Positions 49,401-57,855 of a stretch of DNA of 64,000 nt are shown here, one piece after another; the stretch's first letter is position 1; each line of letters opens with the position of its first letter. The DNA comes from Clostridia bacterium (GTDB lineage: Bacteria > Bacillota > Clostridia > UMGS1883). Where the stretch lies: the NCBI GenBank assembly GCA_051866635.1, contig JBJDXJ010000049.1, positions 31,163 to 95,162 on the forward strand, written 5' to 3'. The notes under the pieces are model-generated. The model was not told where the DNA came from. It saw only the letters and a list, made by a program, of their open reading frames with translations, and searched no databases. The position numbers were made by a program, and so were the translations under genes.

Positions 49401-52381
49401 AACCCAAAGACTTATCTGCAAGCGAAATTACAGTAAGGCTTGGCTCAACTTGGATACCGCAAGAGGATATAAAGGACTTTATCTTTGAACTTCTCTCTCC
49501 CGGATATTATGCAAAGGATAAGATTGATGTCAAGTATTCCAATATCACGGGCGAATGGTCTATTTCAAACAAGAGCTATGATAAGGGTGTAAAGGCTACA
49601 AACACCTTTGGTACTCACAGAATCAATGCGTACAAAATTATTGAGGAATCGTTAAACCTTAAAGATGTACGCATTTTTGATTATGTTGAGGATGAAGAAG
49701 GTAAAAAGAAACCTGTTCTGAACAAGAAAGAAACTACAATAGCTCAACAAAAGCAAGACCTTATCAAAGCCGAATTTGATAATTGGATATGGAAAAATCC
49801 TGACAGACGAGAAAGACTTACAAAGCTATACAATGAAAAGTTCAATTCAACAAGACCTCGTGAGTATGACGGTAGTCATATTACCTTTAGTGGTATGAAC
49901 CCCGAAATAGTTCTCCGTAAACATCAGCAAGATGCAGTTGCAAGAATTATGTACGGCGGCAATTCTCTTTTAGGTCATGTTGTCGGTGCCGGAAAGACTT
50001 GGACTATGGTTGCGGCTGCTATGGAAAGTAAGCGTTTGGGACTTTGTAATAAGTCGCTTTTTGTAGTTCCTAATCACTTGACGGAACAATGGGCCTCAGA
50101 GTTTTTACAACTCTATCCTGCCGCAAATATTCTCGTTGCTACAAAGAAAGACTTTGAAACAAAGAACCGTAAAAAGTTCTGCGGAAGAATTGCTACGGGA
50201 GATTATGATGCAGTTATAATCGGTCATTCGCAGTTTGAGAAAATACCAATGTCTTATGAAAGACAGGTTGCTATTCTTGAACGGCAAAAAGATGAGATTA
50301 TGAACGGCATTATTGAAGCTAAAGCACAAAAAGCTGAACGATTTACTATCAAACAGCTTGAAAAGTCTAAAAAATCCATTGAAACAAAGCTTGCAAAGCT
50401 TAATGACCAAAGCCGAAAAGATGATGTTGTAACCTTTGAGGAACTCGGCGTTGACCGAATCTTTATTGATGAAGCACATTATTACAAAAACCTTTATCTC
50501 TACACCAAAATGCGTAATGTCGGCGGTATCGCACAGACAGAGGCACAGAAATCATCAGATTTATTCATGAAAACACAATACCTTGATGAAATCACAGGCG
50601 GTAAGGGTGTTATCTTTGCAACGGGTACTCCCGTATCAAACAGTATGGTTGAGCTTTATACTATGCAGAGATACTTGCAGTACAACGCACTCAGAGAAAA
50701 GAATTTACAACATTTTGATGCTTGGGCATCTACTTTCGGTGAAACAATTACAGCTATTGAGCTTGCACCGGAAGGCACAGGCTACAGAGCAAAAACGAGG
50801 TTTGCTAAATTCTTTAACTTGCCGGAACTTATGGCTATGTTCAAAGATGTTGCGGATATTCAAACTGCCGATATGCTTAATCTCCCTACTCCGGAGCCAC
50901 ACTATAAGACCATTGCAGTTGAGCCTACTGAAATTCAAAAGGATATGGTTTCAGAGCTTGCAGACCGTGCAGAAAAAGTTCGCAATAAAATGGTTGATCC
51001 TTCGGTTGATAATATGCTCAAGATTACCAATGACGGACGAAAGCTTGCACTTGACCAAAGGCTTATAAACCCCCTCTTGCCAGATGATGAAAATTCTAAA
51101 GTTTCAGCTTGTGCAAGAGAAGTCTTTGAGTTGTGGGAGCAAACATCTGACATTAAAGGGACTCAGCTTGTATTCTGCGATTTATCTACCCCAAAGAATG
51201 ATGGTACATTTAATGTTTACACAGACATCAGAGATAAGCTGATTGCAAACGGTGTACCTGAACATGAAATTGAGTTCATACATAATGCAGATACAGAGGT
51301 TAAAAAGAAAGAACTGTTTTCAAAGGTTCGTAAGGGTGATGTGAGAGTTTTGCTTGGTTCTACTCCTAAAATGGGTGCAGGAACGAATGTGCAAAGACTT
51401 CTATATGCTTCACACGATTTAGATTGTCCTTGGCGGCCCGCTGACCTCGAACAGCGTGCAGGTCGAATCATAAGACAAGGCAACACAAATCCTGATGTTC
51501 ATATTCGCCGTTATGTAACTAAAGATACTTTCGACAGTTATATGTGGCAGCTTGTTGAAAATAAGCAGAAATTCATATCACAGATTATGACAAGCAAATC
51601 TCCGGTAAGAAGTGCTGAAGATATTGATGAAACTGCTCTTTCGTATGCAGAGATTAAAGCTTTGGCAACGGGTAATCCGTATATTAAAGAAAAAATGGAC
51701 TTGGATACGCAGGTAGCAAAATTAAAACTCATTAAATCAAGTTTTATGAGTCAGAAATACGAGCTTGAGGACAAAGTTATAAAAGAATACCCTCGAACCA
51801 TCGCAGACCTCACAGAGCGAATTAAAGGCTTTGAGGGTGATATTGCTATTACACAGAAATATCCCAAACAAGAGGATAAATTCTATCCGATGACCATTGA
51901 CGGATTACCCTATACCGACAAAGAAAAAGCCGGTACGGCATTACTTGAGAGATGCAAGAAAATGACATCACCTGAACCGACACCTATTGGCGATTACAGA
52001 GGTTTTTCAATGGACTTGTCTTTTGATACAACAACAAAGGTGTTCTATGTATCACTTAAAGGTAATTTAAGTCATAAGATTGAGCTTGGTACAGATGTGT
52101 TCGGTAACTTGCAAAGACTTGATAATGCTTTGGAGGGACTTCCAAAGAGATTAGAGGTTGTAAAGGAAAATCTTGAAGAAACAAAAAAGCAATTTGAAAC
52201 TGCAAAAATTGAAAGTCAAAAAGAGTTCCCGCAAGAAGCAGAGCTTCAGGCAAAAATCGAAAGACTTGCAGAGGTTGATGCACTTCTCGATATGGATAAA
52301 AAAGACCACGAAGGTGCTGAGCTCGGAGAGCCTGACGAAAATGAAATACCACTAAAAAAAGTTGTAGGATTGGAGAGATGA
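43493..52381 (+). CDS. Giant DarB-like protein: ArdC-like N-terminus, MutS-I-like domain, N6-adenine MTase and SF2 helicase
   Basis: QVLIYAQRPDATACA; LGDFYE.YG.DA; LEPSCGIGNF and NVPF; HVVGAGKT, DEAH, EQRAGR. Confidence 0.9.
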   Translation: MATKLQRITQLSYDSTKELSSQSKWTDFLSSAAWHYKYPFEDQVLIYAQRPDATACADFDTWSTKLNRRINRGAKGIALLREQGNEYFLDHVFDISDTTPRTRNAVIRLWEYNDKYDDAIIETLENTFGELKITTTLTDAIICAAHNAVEDNKADYLSELRYTKGDSFLADLDELNVDVEFQQTAEASVAYMIMQRMGLHPEEVFDNEEFRHIIDFNTIETMSVLGNAVSEISEQALREISSTIVAEAKKEQQQAKIFAENKNVEYNNVKEETQPQIHTERNDINDRGNLQERERDSDTELGSTEERTADRQIRNDEEEISQAEQTEPLFSNDDSRNIDEPSSRNRPNSESTGRGNGTEDGEIGGRDGEAESRESAEVDRLDEQPQTFRRRSSPQTVSSQLSLFDLIEDEDVAVSMAREAERLNNLRPAFSISQEIIDKVLSDGTNEKESLLMISAEFSKNKPLADKVEFLKDHYGIDGKGFIFDGRKVTAWWNKDGMKISYGSSIRDNFTQELSWEDVARRIDELLDIGRFAPSNILLQIDEYIYTKTAENFWYMYRDLNYDDYPELRELFTDKAFERKGGFPEDVKRLKEFLKTSAGLDMTKTAVQKICDMCDEGKDVTRFWYINPHETNKMLEDLYIVRKQYTSQSLSYVPPARFITEDEIDNIFRGGTDMQDGRYRVYNYFAEHPDKEERIAFLKKEYGTGGSYNGKRNEDYDGKGIHFSRGQLGNPVAEVHIKWNEAEKRIDKLIKQGRYLTQKDIINIPDYERHEVASSIYYAFQNRIQDGQYRPYPSDMNYYGDAMKLIAEKIKSPAQMEEIFEELNILLSETLPDDRDYKWRIEARDTLEKYMEGNFNLFPGIDRPAPNSVKDLKEAMRVINEYSKEEFEGDEADFSDLTSVSLAFTETEDGKHFIDVEADLINHKIIRSIDNQLVEELKYGSLSELTEKELYGMSFDDLVYFTDEQLAPFYKSPDTLMENPEPEHEAFADFLARIHEEDDGKTVALLPLGDFYESYGADAEAIAEALNFQTTHKTVEGVEYALCGFPKHRLEENVEVLTEKGFDVILVDDDGNPHKVISREKALNDTSEATTPLWDEETAIRVAQEEWEKATRAPVHKPTYEQRNYNFMREFAPDVLQGNVRYALYESQGFMPIHINRLSEDTFSISHTYKQNGDLMYDPEMVFEIDEENGALKPLEYRQDNMGIYQVVGENVNDRDLSSFAVQWFKNIRSQGFHLAMERLEYADADIEVSYNEKGEIINVEGEENAVALYIEENGVELPVDETAELVGKEITIDDRKFIVDSVSKDFNSVSLKDITFQDNVGFPIFRRESVDFVKAALKQQNETKKIVPEFEKVKPAKIANTVVYPEIPMAQRTNFVIDNDELGFGGAKEKFRKNMEAIRVLKECEFDHRLATPEEQKILSEYVGWGGLSDAFDETKSNWADEFQELYTALSPEEYEQARASTLTSHYTSPVIIKSMYKALENMGFSQGNILEPSCGIGNFMGLVPESMKDSKIYGIEIDSITGRIAQQLYQRNSVAIQGYEDTTLPDSFFDVAIGNVPFGDYKLSDKKYNKHNFLIHDYFFAKTLDKVRPGGIVAFITSSGTMDKRNSKVRQYIAQRADLVGAIRLPNNAFLKNAGTEVTADILFLQKRDRMTDLMPGWVHLGTLENGITVNQYFADNPDMILGEMEMVSGPFGPTPTCTPIEGADLSQQLNDAIQNIHATITEYEIDDVSNDEELTIPADPNVRNFSFTLVDGDVYFRENSFMRKVELNATAQNRIKGMIGIRDCVRELIEYQTEGYSDYAIKQQQDKLNKLYDDFTQKYGLINSRGNSMAFSDDSSYFLLCSLEVLDENGELERKADMFTKRTIGAKPEITKVDTSSEALAVSLGEKAKIDMDFMSELTGKTEDELYEDLKGVIFLNPHYNEDDEPAYLTADEYLSGNVREKLSVVKSIAANNSDYKINVEALEKVQPKDLSASEITVRLGSTWIPQEDIKDFIFELLSPGYYAKDKIDVKYSNITGEWSISNKSYDKGVKATNTFGTHRINAYKIIEESLNLKDVRIFDYVEDEEGKKKPVLNKKETTIAQQKQDLIKAEFDNWIWKNPDRRERLTKLYNEKFNSTRPREYDGSHITFSGMNPEIVLRKHQQDAVARIMYGGNSLLGHVVGAGKTWTMVAAAMESKRLGLCNKSLFVVPNHLTEQWASEFLQLYPAANILVATKKDFETKNRKKFCGRIATGDYDAVIIGHSQFEKIPMSYERQVAILERQKDEIMNGIIEAKAQKAERFTIKQLEKSKKSIETKLAKLNDQSRKDDVVTFEELGVDRIFIDEAHYYKNLYLYTKMRNVGGIAQTEAQKSSDLFMKTQYLDEITGGKGVIFATGTPVSNSMVELYTMQRYLQYNALREKNLQHFDAWASTFGETITAIELAPEGTGYRAKTRFAKFFNLPELMAMFKDVADIQTADMLNLPTPEPHYKTIAVEPTEIQKDMVSELADRAEKVRNKMVDPSVDNMLKITNDGRKLALDQRLINPLLPDDENSKVSACAREVFELWEQTSDIKGTQLVFCDLSTPKNDGTFNVYTDIRDKLIANGVPEHEIEFIHNADTEVKKKELFSKVRKGDVRVLLGSTPKMGAGTNVQRLLYASHDLDCPWRPADLEQRAGRIIRQGNTNPDVHIRRYVTKDTFDSYMWQLVENKQKFISQIMTSKSPVRSAEDIDETALSYAEIKALATGNPYIKEKMDLDTQVAKLKLIKSSFMSQKYELEDKVIKEYPRTIADLTERIKGFEGDIAITQKYPKQEDKFYPMTIDGLPYTDKEKAGTALLERCKKMTSPEPTPIGDYRGFSMDLSFDTTTKVFYVSLKGNLSHKIELGTDVFGNLQRLDNALEGLPKRLEVVKENLEETKKQFETAKIESQKEFPQEAELQAKIERLAEVDALLDMDKKDHEGAELGEPDENEIPLKKVVGLER
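44346..44696 (+). CDS. tnpV: TnpV-family protein nested out of frame within the giant ORF
   Basis: IPNL...IGKYGMMRK.FLK, HLHEID..A, EGVTEKLKAENP..WTGLMNN; GAAAGGA RBS. Confidence 0.8.
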   Translation: MTEVTYRSENGILIPNLEAPKNGLPIGKYGMMRKKFLKQNRRSLYSAMMIRGTLMNHLHEIDQTAKAQVEEMVQKMAKSEGVTEKLKAENPQRWTGLMNNLKHSAEEVVLRQLVLS

Positions 52382-52737
52382 AAATGAGTACAGAGAATTT
52401 AAGAGGTTTGCTTTGGGAGAAAGCAGCTAAAGAGCAAAGCGATTATATTGAACATCTTAAAACGCTTTCACTACAGGAAATTATTGATAAGTCTTACGAA
52501 AAGGTAATGCGTGATGATATTCTTATGACCTTTGAGGATGATTATTTATCTGACAAGCAAGTAGCAGAGCTTATAAAGCTTGACTATCCATTGTCTGCTT
52601 GCTATGAGGAATGGATGGATACCGATTATTCTCATATGGAAATGTTAAGAGATACCATTGACGATTACACAAAAAGACTTGTTAAGGAAAACGAAGCCGA
52701 AAAGAAAAACAAGAAAAAGCACGAACCGGAAAGATAA
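52378..52737 (+). CDS. DUF3848-like protein
   Basis: EIIDKSYEKVMRDDIL...PLSACYEEW; C-terminal HEPER. Confidence 0.7.
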   Translation: MKMSTENLRGLLWEKAAKEQSDYIEHLKTLSLQEIIDKSYEKVMRDDILMTFEDDYLSDKQVAELIKLDYPLSACYEEWMDTDYSHMEMLRDTIDDYTKRLVKENEAEKKNKKKHEPER

Positions 52738-52746
52738 AAAATCTAA

Positions 52747-52814
52747 AATCTGTACCTATTTTTGCTCCAAAGTATTGAAAAACCCACACTCTTGTGATAT
52801 AATAGGTACAGATT
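52747..52814 (+). promoter_or_regulatory. AbiE promoter flanked by a 14-bp inverted-repeat operator
   Basis: AATCTGTACCTATT (52747) and AATAGGTACAGATT (52801) around TTGAAA-N17-TATAAT. Confidence 0.75.
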
Positions 52815-52826
52815 GGAGGTGCGGAA

Positions 52827-53594
52827 GTGAAATATATAAGTGAGCTTCAAGAAAAAAAGATTTTTAATATGGCTTATGTAATCGAGCTTACAGGCAATGA
52901 CAATACCGCAAAATGCTTGATACAAACATATTTGAAAAAGGGATATATAATACGAATAAAACAAAATATGTATGCCGCAACCGAGCTTGTAGGCGGCAAT
53001 GTTATTGCTAACCATTTTGAAATCGGAAGTATGATAAATGATAATGCATATATTTCGCATCATAGTGCTTTGGAATTTCACGGCTATGCAAATCAAGTGT
53101 ATTACGAAGTTACAGTTTCATCCAAGTCAAAATTTAAGGAGTTTAGCTTTGACGGAATATCTTATTCTGTGTATTCTCCTAAAATTACCGATGGTGTTAT
53201 TGTTCCTCTCTCAAGTCCGTTAATTCGTGTTACCGACATAGAGCGAACGGTTATTGATTGCATCTATGATATAACACGCTCCGGAGGAATTGAAGAAGTC
53301 CTTGAATGCTTTAATTTGATTCCTTACCTTGATGAAGAAAAGCTACTCCACTATCTTGCGGAGTATAATCAAATTTATCTGTATCAAAAGACAGGATATA
53401 TTCTGGAAGCCTTTAAGGGAAAAATGGCTTTATCCGATAACTTTTTTAATAAATGCGAAAGGAATATAAACAATCGCAAAAAGAATTTTACAGACGGATA
53501 TTATGGAAAACAATTGTACCATTCCAAATGGAAGCTGTATGCACCCGAAAATCCACTTGAAATACTAAACCAAGGAGATGATGAACTTGTATAA
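52827..53594 (+). CDS. Type IV TA antitoxin AbiEi-like
   Basis: YISHHSALEFHG, RVTDIERTVIDC. Confidence 0.85.
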   Translation: MKYISELQEKKIFNMAYVIELTGNDNTAKCLIQTYLKKGYIIRIKQNMYAATELVGGNVIANHFEIGSMINDNAYISHHSALEFHGYANQVYYEVTVSSKSKFKEFSFDGISYSVYSPKITDGVIVPLSSPLIRVTDIERTVIDCIYDITRSGGIEEVLECFNLIPYLDEEKLLHYLAEYNQIYLYQKTGYILEAFKGKMALSDNFFNKCERNINNRKKNFTDGYYGKQLYHSKWKLYAPENPLEILNQGDDELV

Positions 53595-54546
53595 ATACGA
53601 TAAAGCTTTTTTGGAACAGAAAGCAAAAGAAACAGGATTTGTGCGTGATAATCTTGAAAAGGTTTACCGCCTTACCGATGTTTTGATGTACCTTAATACT
53701 AACCCCAATCTTTCAGAGCGACTTGTATTAAAAGGTGGTACAGCAATCAATCTTACTGTTTTTAATATGCCTCGTCTTTCAGTTGATATAGACCTTGATT
53801 TCAACGAAAATTGCAACCGAGAGGAAATGCTTGAAGCGAGAAAAATTATAGGCGATAATATTCTTGCATATATGAAAGCTAACGGATATACTCAAATGGC
53901 AGATAAAAGTAAGACGCCGCATTCTCTTGATTCTTGGGTGTTTGCCTTTACAAATTCTGCGGGTAATAATGATAACATTAAAGTTGAAATAAATTATTCA
54001 ATACGTAATCATGTTTTACCCATACGAATTGCAGATGTTGATGTTGATTTTTTACCGAACAAATTTAAGGTGAGAACACTTGCAGCACAAGAACTGTTCG
54101 GTAGCAAAATCAAAGCACTTATGGAACGGACTGCGGCAAGAGATATGTATGATGTATGCAATCTTATTGACTTTGGAGTTTTCGATGAAAGCGAGCAAGA
54201 AATGCTGAGAAAATGTGCAGTATTTTATCACGCTGTCGGAAGCACAAAGGAATTTAATGAGCTTATTGGTATAAAGCATTTTGAGCAGCTAACATTTAAT
54301 AAAGTAAAACGCACTTTAATTCCTGTTATCCGAAAGGGAGAATATTTTGATCTTGAAGCTACAAAGAAAAAGGTTGGAGATTATATAACGGAGCTGATGC
54401 AGATAACAGAACCGGAGCAAGAGTTTTTACATAAGTTTGCAGATGGTATTTATGAACCGGAGCTTGTATTTGATGATGGCGAAATTTTAGAACGCATACG
54501 AAATCATCCTATGGCAATATGGAAAACATCACAAATGAATAAATAA
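53578..54546 (+). CDS. AbiEii-family nucleotidyltransferase toxin
   Basis: LKGGTAIN, RLSVDIDL, KIKAL.ER.AARDMYD. Confidence 0.9.
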   Translation: MMNLYKYDKAFLEQKAKETGFVRDNLEKVYRLTDVLMYLNTNPNLSERLVLKGGTAINLTVFNMPRLSVDIDLDFNENCNREEMLEARKIIGDNILAYMKANGYTQMADKSKTPHSLDSWVFAFTNSAGNNDNIKVEINYSIRNHVLPIRIADVDVDFLPNKFKVRTLAAQELFGSKIKALMERTAARDMYDVCNLIDFGVFDESEQEMLRKCAVFYHAVGSTKEFNELIGIKHFEQLTFNKVKRTLIPVIRKGEYFDLEATKKKVGDYITELMQITEPEQEFLHKFADGIYEPELVFDDGEILERIRNHPMAIWKTSQMNK

Positions 54547-54642
54547 AATTCTTATACAAAAATTTAATAATTCAAGAAAGTCTGTTGTAGAAATATGACA
54601 GGCTTTTTCTATTTTCAAAAAAGAAAGTTGAGGTAATTTATA

Positions 54643-55287
54643 ATGAAAAACAGAAATATTTTGAGTGATTACAACAGAGATACATTTTTGAACAACATTG
54701 AAAATTTCTTATACAGAGTATGTTTCTCTGTAAAAGAGGTTGATGAAGCTATGAGCAAAATATATGAACTTGTGCCGCACGGTTTTAACCCATTGAGATA
54801 TTTTACATTCACGCCGATTTATGCGTTTGAGAAGTTCACTTACGGCGCTGATGAAGAAAGAATACATAAAACACCTTTATTCAGACGAGATGGCTGTGTG
54901 CTGTCGGTAAGTATTCTTGATACAGACGGTGACAATCCTACCGATGCAATGCAGGGATATGAAATCATCCTGCTTGATAATATGAACATTATCGCAGTTC
55001 CCGGTTACAATATTGATATTGAAACAGACGATAAGGTTGTTTGTTGCAGATACTTATATCTTGAAACAAACAGCGTAAACAATCTGAAAGGAATCTTTGA
55101 TACAGATAAATTCATTCTCGATTTAACTGAAGAAGTTATGACTTCATTGCAGTTGCGAGGTTGCGAAGATGTATATGACGAGTGTATCGACTGCCCGTTG
55201 CAAGACTTGTGCAATATGGCAGAAATTGAAGAGATGGACGAGGAAATCAATCCCGATGACGAGATTGATTATGATGATGTAGACTGA
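54643..55287 (+). CDS. Hypothetical protein with acidic C-terminal tail
   Basis: GAGG RBS, 214-aa ORF, CIDC followed by an Asp/Glu-rich tail. Confidence 0.7.
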   Translation: MKNRNILSDYNRDTFLNNIENFLYRVCFSVKEVDEAMSKIYELVPHGFNPLRYFTFTPIYAFEKFTYGADEERIHKTPLFRRDGCVLSVSILDTDGDNPTDAMQGYEIILLDNMNIIAVPGYNIDIETDDKVVCCRYLYLETNSVNNLKGIFDTDKFILDLTEEVMTSLQLRGCEDVYDECIDCPLQDLCNMAEIEEMDEEINPDDEIDYDDVD

Positions 55288-55321
55288 TAAGGCTACGTGG
55301 CAAATGCGGAGCATTTGTATT

Positions 55322-55392
55322 AGCAAGCACGGAAATTTGCCGTCAAATTTCCCGCTTGTTAGGGTGAACCCTAATACCCCGATGCTTGCCGC
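55322..55392. other. Putative oriT
   Basis: Hairpins (GGAAATTTG/CAAATTTCC, TTAGGG/CCCTAA) then ATGCTTGCC, like the pC221-type nic site, directly upstream of mobC. Confidence 0.65.
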
Positions 55393-55404
55393 ATTAGAAA
55401 TGAG

Positions 55405-55722
55405 GTGATACCTGTGGAAGAAAGAGTTATAAAACTAACGGTTCGTCTTACTCCAAAAGAACACGAACATTTAAAAAGAGAAGCTGATAAATGCGACTTA
55501 AAAATGGAGCCATATATTCGCAAACTGATAGCAGGCTATGAGGTCAAGGCAAGACCTCCTAATGAATATATAACTCTCATTAGAGAGATAAACGCAATCG
55601 GTAATAACATAAATCAGATTGCTCATATTGCAAATGCTGAAGGTCGAATCAGCGACAACAAAATCAGCGAGGTAAAAAAATATCTGAGTGATATTATGCA
55701 GCTTGTGAGAGGATTGAGATAA
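55405..55722 (+). CDS. mobC: MobC relaxosome accessory protein
   Basis: RHH-like N-terminus; EINAIGNNINQIAH.AN. Confidence 0.92.
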   Translation: MIPVEERVIKLTVRLTPKEHEHLKREADKCDLKMEPYIRKLIAGYEVKARPPNEYITLIREINAIGNNINQIAHIANAEGRISDNKISEVKKYLSDIMQLVRGLR

Positions 55723-57090
55723 ATGGCAATTACAAAAATATGGTCTGTTAAATCAAGACTTGATACAAGCCTTAACTACATTTCCAATCCGGATAAAACA
55801 TCAATTCAACCCGACATTGATGCACGAGAAGGTGTTATCAAGTACATAAAAAATAAAGACAAAACGGAACAATGTAAATTTGTAACAGCCTTTGGTTGTT
55901 CGGAGGACTTGGCTTTTTCTGATATGATGGCAACTCAAATGATGTATGAACGAAAACGAAGAAAAAACGGAGTGGTCGCTTATCATATAGTTCAAAGCTT
56001 TAAAGACTTTGAAACAACACCGGAAGTGGCTCATAGGTGCGGACAGGAACTTGTAAAACGATTGTTTGAGGGCAAGTATGAATGTGTGCTTGCAACACAT
56101 CTTGATCACGCCCATATTCATAATCACATCATCATAAATTCTACTTCCTTTGTAGATGGCTCAAAATATAAAAATAATTTCAAAGATTACTTTCACGATA
56201 TTCGAGGTGTTTCAGATGCAATATGCCGTGAGAACTGTTTATCTGTTATTGATAAACCCAAACACAGAGGTATGCACTACGCAGAAATTAAAGCCTTGCG
56301 TGAAGGTAAGGATACTATTAGAGGTAGTGTAAGAAAAGAGCTTGATGATATTATCAGCATTTCTTATACAATGAAAGATTTTTGGAGGATATTAGAGAAA
56401 CGAGGTTTTGTTATATGCAGACGCAGACCGAAATATCAATATACTTCTTTCATTCCCCCGAATGGTAAAAAGCAAATTAGACTTGACAAACTTGGTCCGG
56501 AATATACCGAAGAAGCTATTATGGAAAGAATAGCAACAGCAAGAAACGGTATCCGTACTGCTTCACCATCTGAATTACCGAAACGAAAGGTATATAAATA
56601 TAATGGAGATTTGAAATCATTAAAGCCTAAAAAGTTGAAAGGCTTTGTTGCTCTGTACTTCCACTATATGTACTTTTTCAAAATCATACGCAGAAAGGAA
56701 ACTCCGCAAAGGGTTTCCTTTTTCTTGCGTGATGAGCTTATAAAGTTTGACCGCTACCAAAAGCAGTTCAAATTTCTATATAAGAACAACATTGAAAATG
56801 GCACACAGCTATCCGCATTACAAAAATCAAAGGAGGACAAAATCAATGACTTAGTAAATGAGCGAAAGGCTTTATATGCTTCCCGAACAGATGAGAATGA
56901 ATCTGAAATCAAAGACAAGGCTAACGAAATCAACAAAGAACTTCAATACCTGAGAGCTGATGTGCGAATGTGTAAAGCAATCGCAGTTGATTCATACAAA
57001 ATCGCAAGGAAAAGCCAAGAAGTCAAAAATCTATTAAAACAGGCAGAAATGGAGATGAAAGCGAATGAACACAAGCGGCGAGGTCGCTGA
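55723..57090 (+). CDS. MOB_P relaxase
   Basis: MAITKI, YI.NPDKT, AYHIVQSF, THLDHAHIHNHIIINS. Confidence 0.93.
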   Translation: MAITKIWSVKSRLDTSLNYISNPDKTSIQPDIDAREGVIKYIKNKDKTEQCKFVTAFGCSEDLAFSDMMATQMMYERKRRKNGVVAYHIVQSFKDFETTPEVAHRCGQELVKRLFEGKYECVLATHLDHAHIHNHIIINSTSFVDGSKYKNNFKDYFHDIRGVSDAICRENCLSVIDKPKHRGMHYAEIKALREGKDTIRGSVRKELDDIISISYTMKDFWRILEKRGFVICRRRPKYQYTSFIPPNGKKQIRLDKLGPEYTEEAIMERIATARNGIRTASPSELPKRKVYKYNGDLKSLKPKKLKGFVALYFHYMYFFKIIRRKETPQRVSFFLRDELIKFDRYQKQFKFLYKNNIENGTQLSALQKSKEDKINDLVNERKALYASRTDENESEIKDKANEINKELQYLRADVRMCKAIAVDSYKIARKSQEVKNLLKQAEMEMKANEHKRRGR

Positions 57091-57754
57091 TTTAATGGTC
57101 AAAGAAGGCTTGCAGATTACCGAAGAAGCCGTGAAGCTTACGGGACTTGGTGCCAAAAATCTTGCAGCTATTATTATCGCCCTTTTGAAAGAGGATAATA
57201 AGTTGCAAGGCAAAACCAATCTTAAAAAACTTCTTAAATCTGATAAACCGCTTTGTATTATGCAAATTAAAGAAAGCGACATTAAAAAATTTAACTCAGA
57301 AGCAAACAAATATGGTGTTCTTTTCACAGCGGTAAAAGACAATACAAACGATTCCGGACTTTGCGACATTATCGCTAAGCAAGAAGATGTTACAAAGCTC
57401 AATTACATTATGGAGAAAATGGGATATGCTGCACCCGAAAATGAAATTGAACCCGAACCGGAACCGGATAAGGAAAAAACCGATGAAGAACCTGCAAAGG
57501 AAGAACAATCAAAAAACCGCAATCCCCGTGCCAAAGAAAATCAGCGAGAGAGCGAATCTATGAAGCACGGGGTTACGGACGGGATGGAAAACCCTTCTAA
57601 CGGGAAACCATCAGTAAAGAAAAAGGTTGAGGATATAAAGGCGGAGCAGGCTCAGAAGAAAGCCGAAAAAACTCCCGAACGAGAAAAAACTCACACATAT
57701 TATCAGCCCAAATGGCAAAAGAAGAAAAATAAAAAGAAAGGTAAATCAAGATAA
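57065..57754 (+). CDS. PcfB/DUF3801-like protein
   Basis: G.KNLAA, GKTNLKKL, KYGVLF, KPSVKKK; follows the relaxase. Confidence 0.75.
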   Translation: MNTSGEVADLMVKEGLQITEEAVKLTGLGAKNLAAIIIALLKEDNKLQGKTNLKKLLKSDKPLCIMQIKESDIKKFNSEANKYGVLFTAVKDNTNDSGLCDIIAKQEDVTKLNYIMEKMGYAAPENEIEPEPEPDKEKTDEEPAKEEQSKNRNPRAKENQRESESMKHGVTDGMENPSNGKPSVKKKVEDIKAEQAQKKAEKTPEREKTHTYYQPKWQKKKNKKKGKSR

Positions 57755-57855
57755 TGAAATATCAACCTAACAGGTACAGAGAGCCGCCGTAAATTATGGC
57801 GGCTTTTCTGATAAACACAAACAAAAATACATTTTGAAAAGGAGATTTTAACTTT

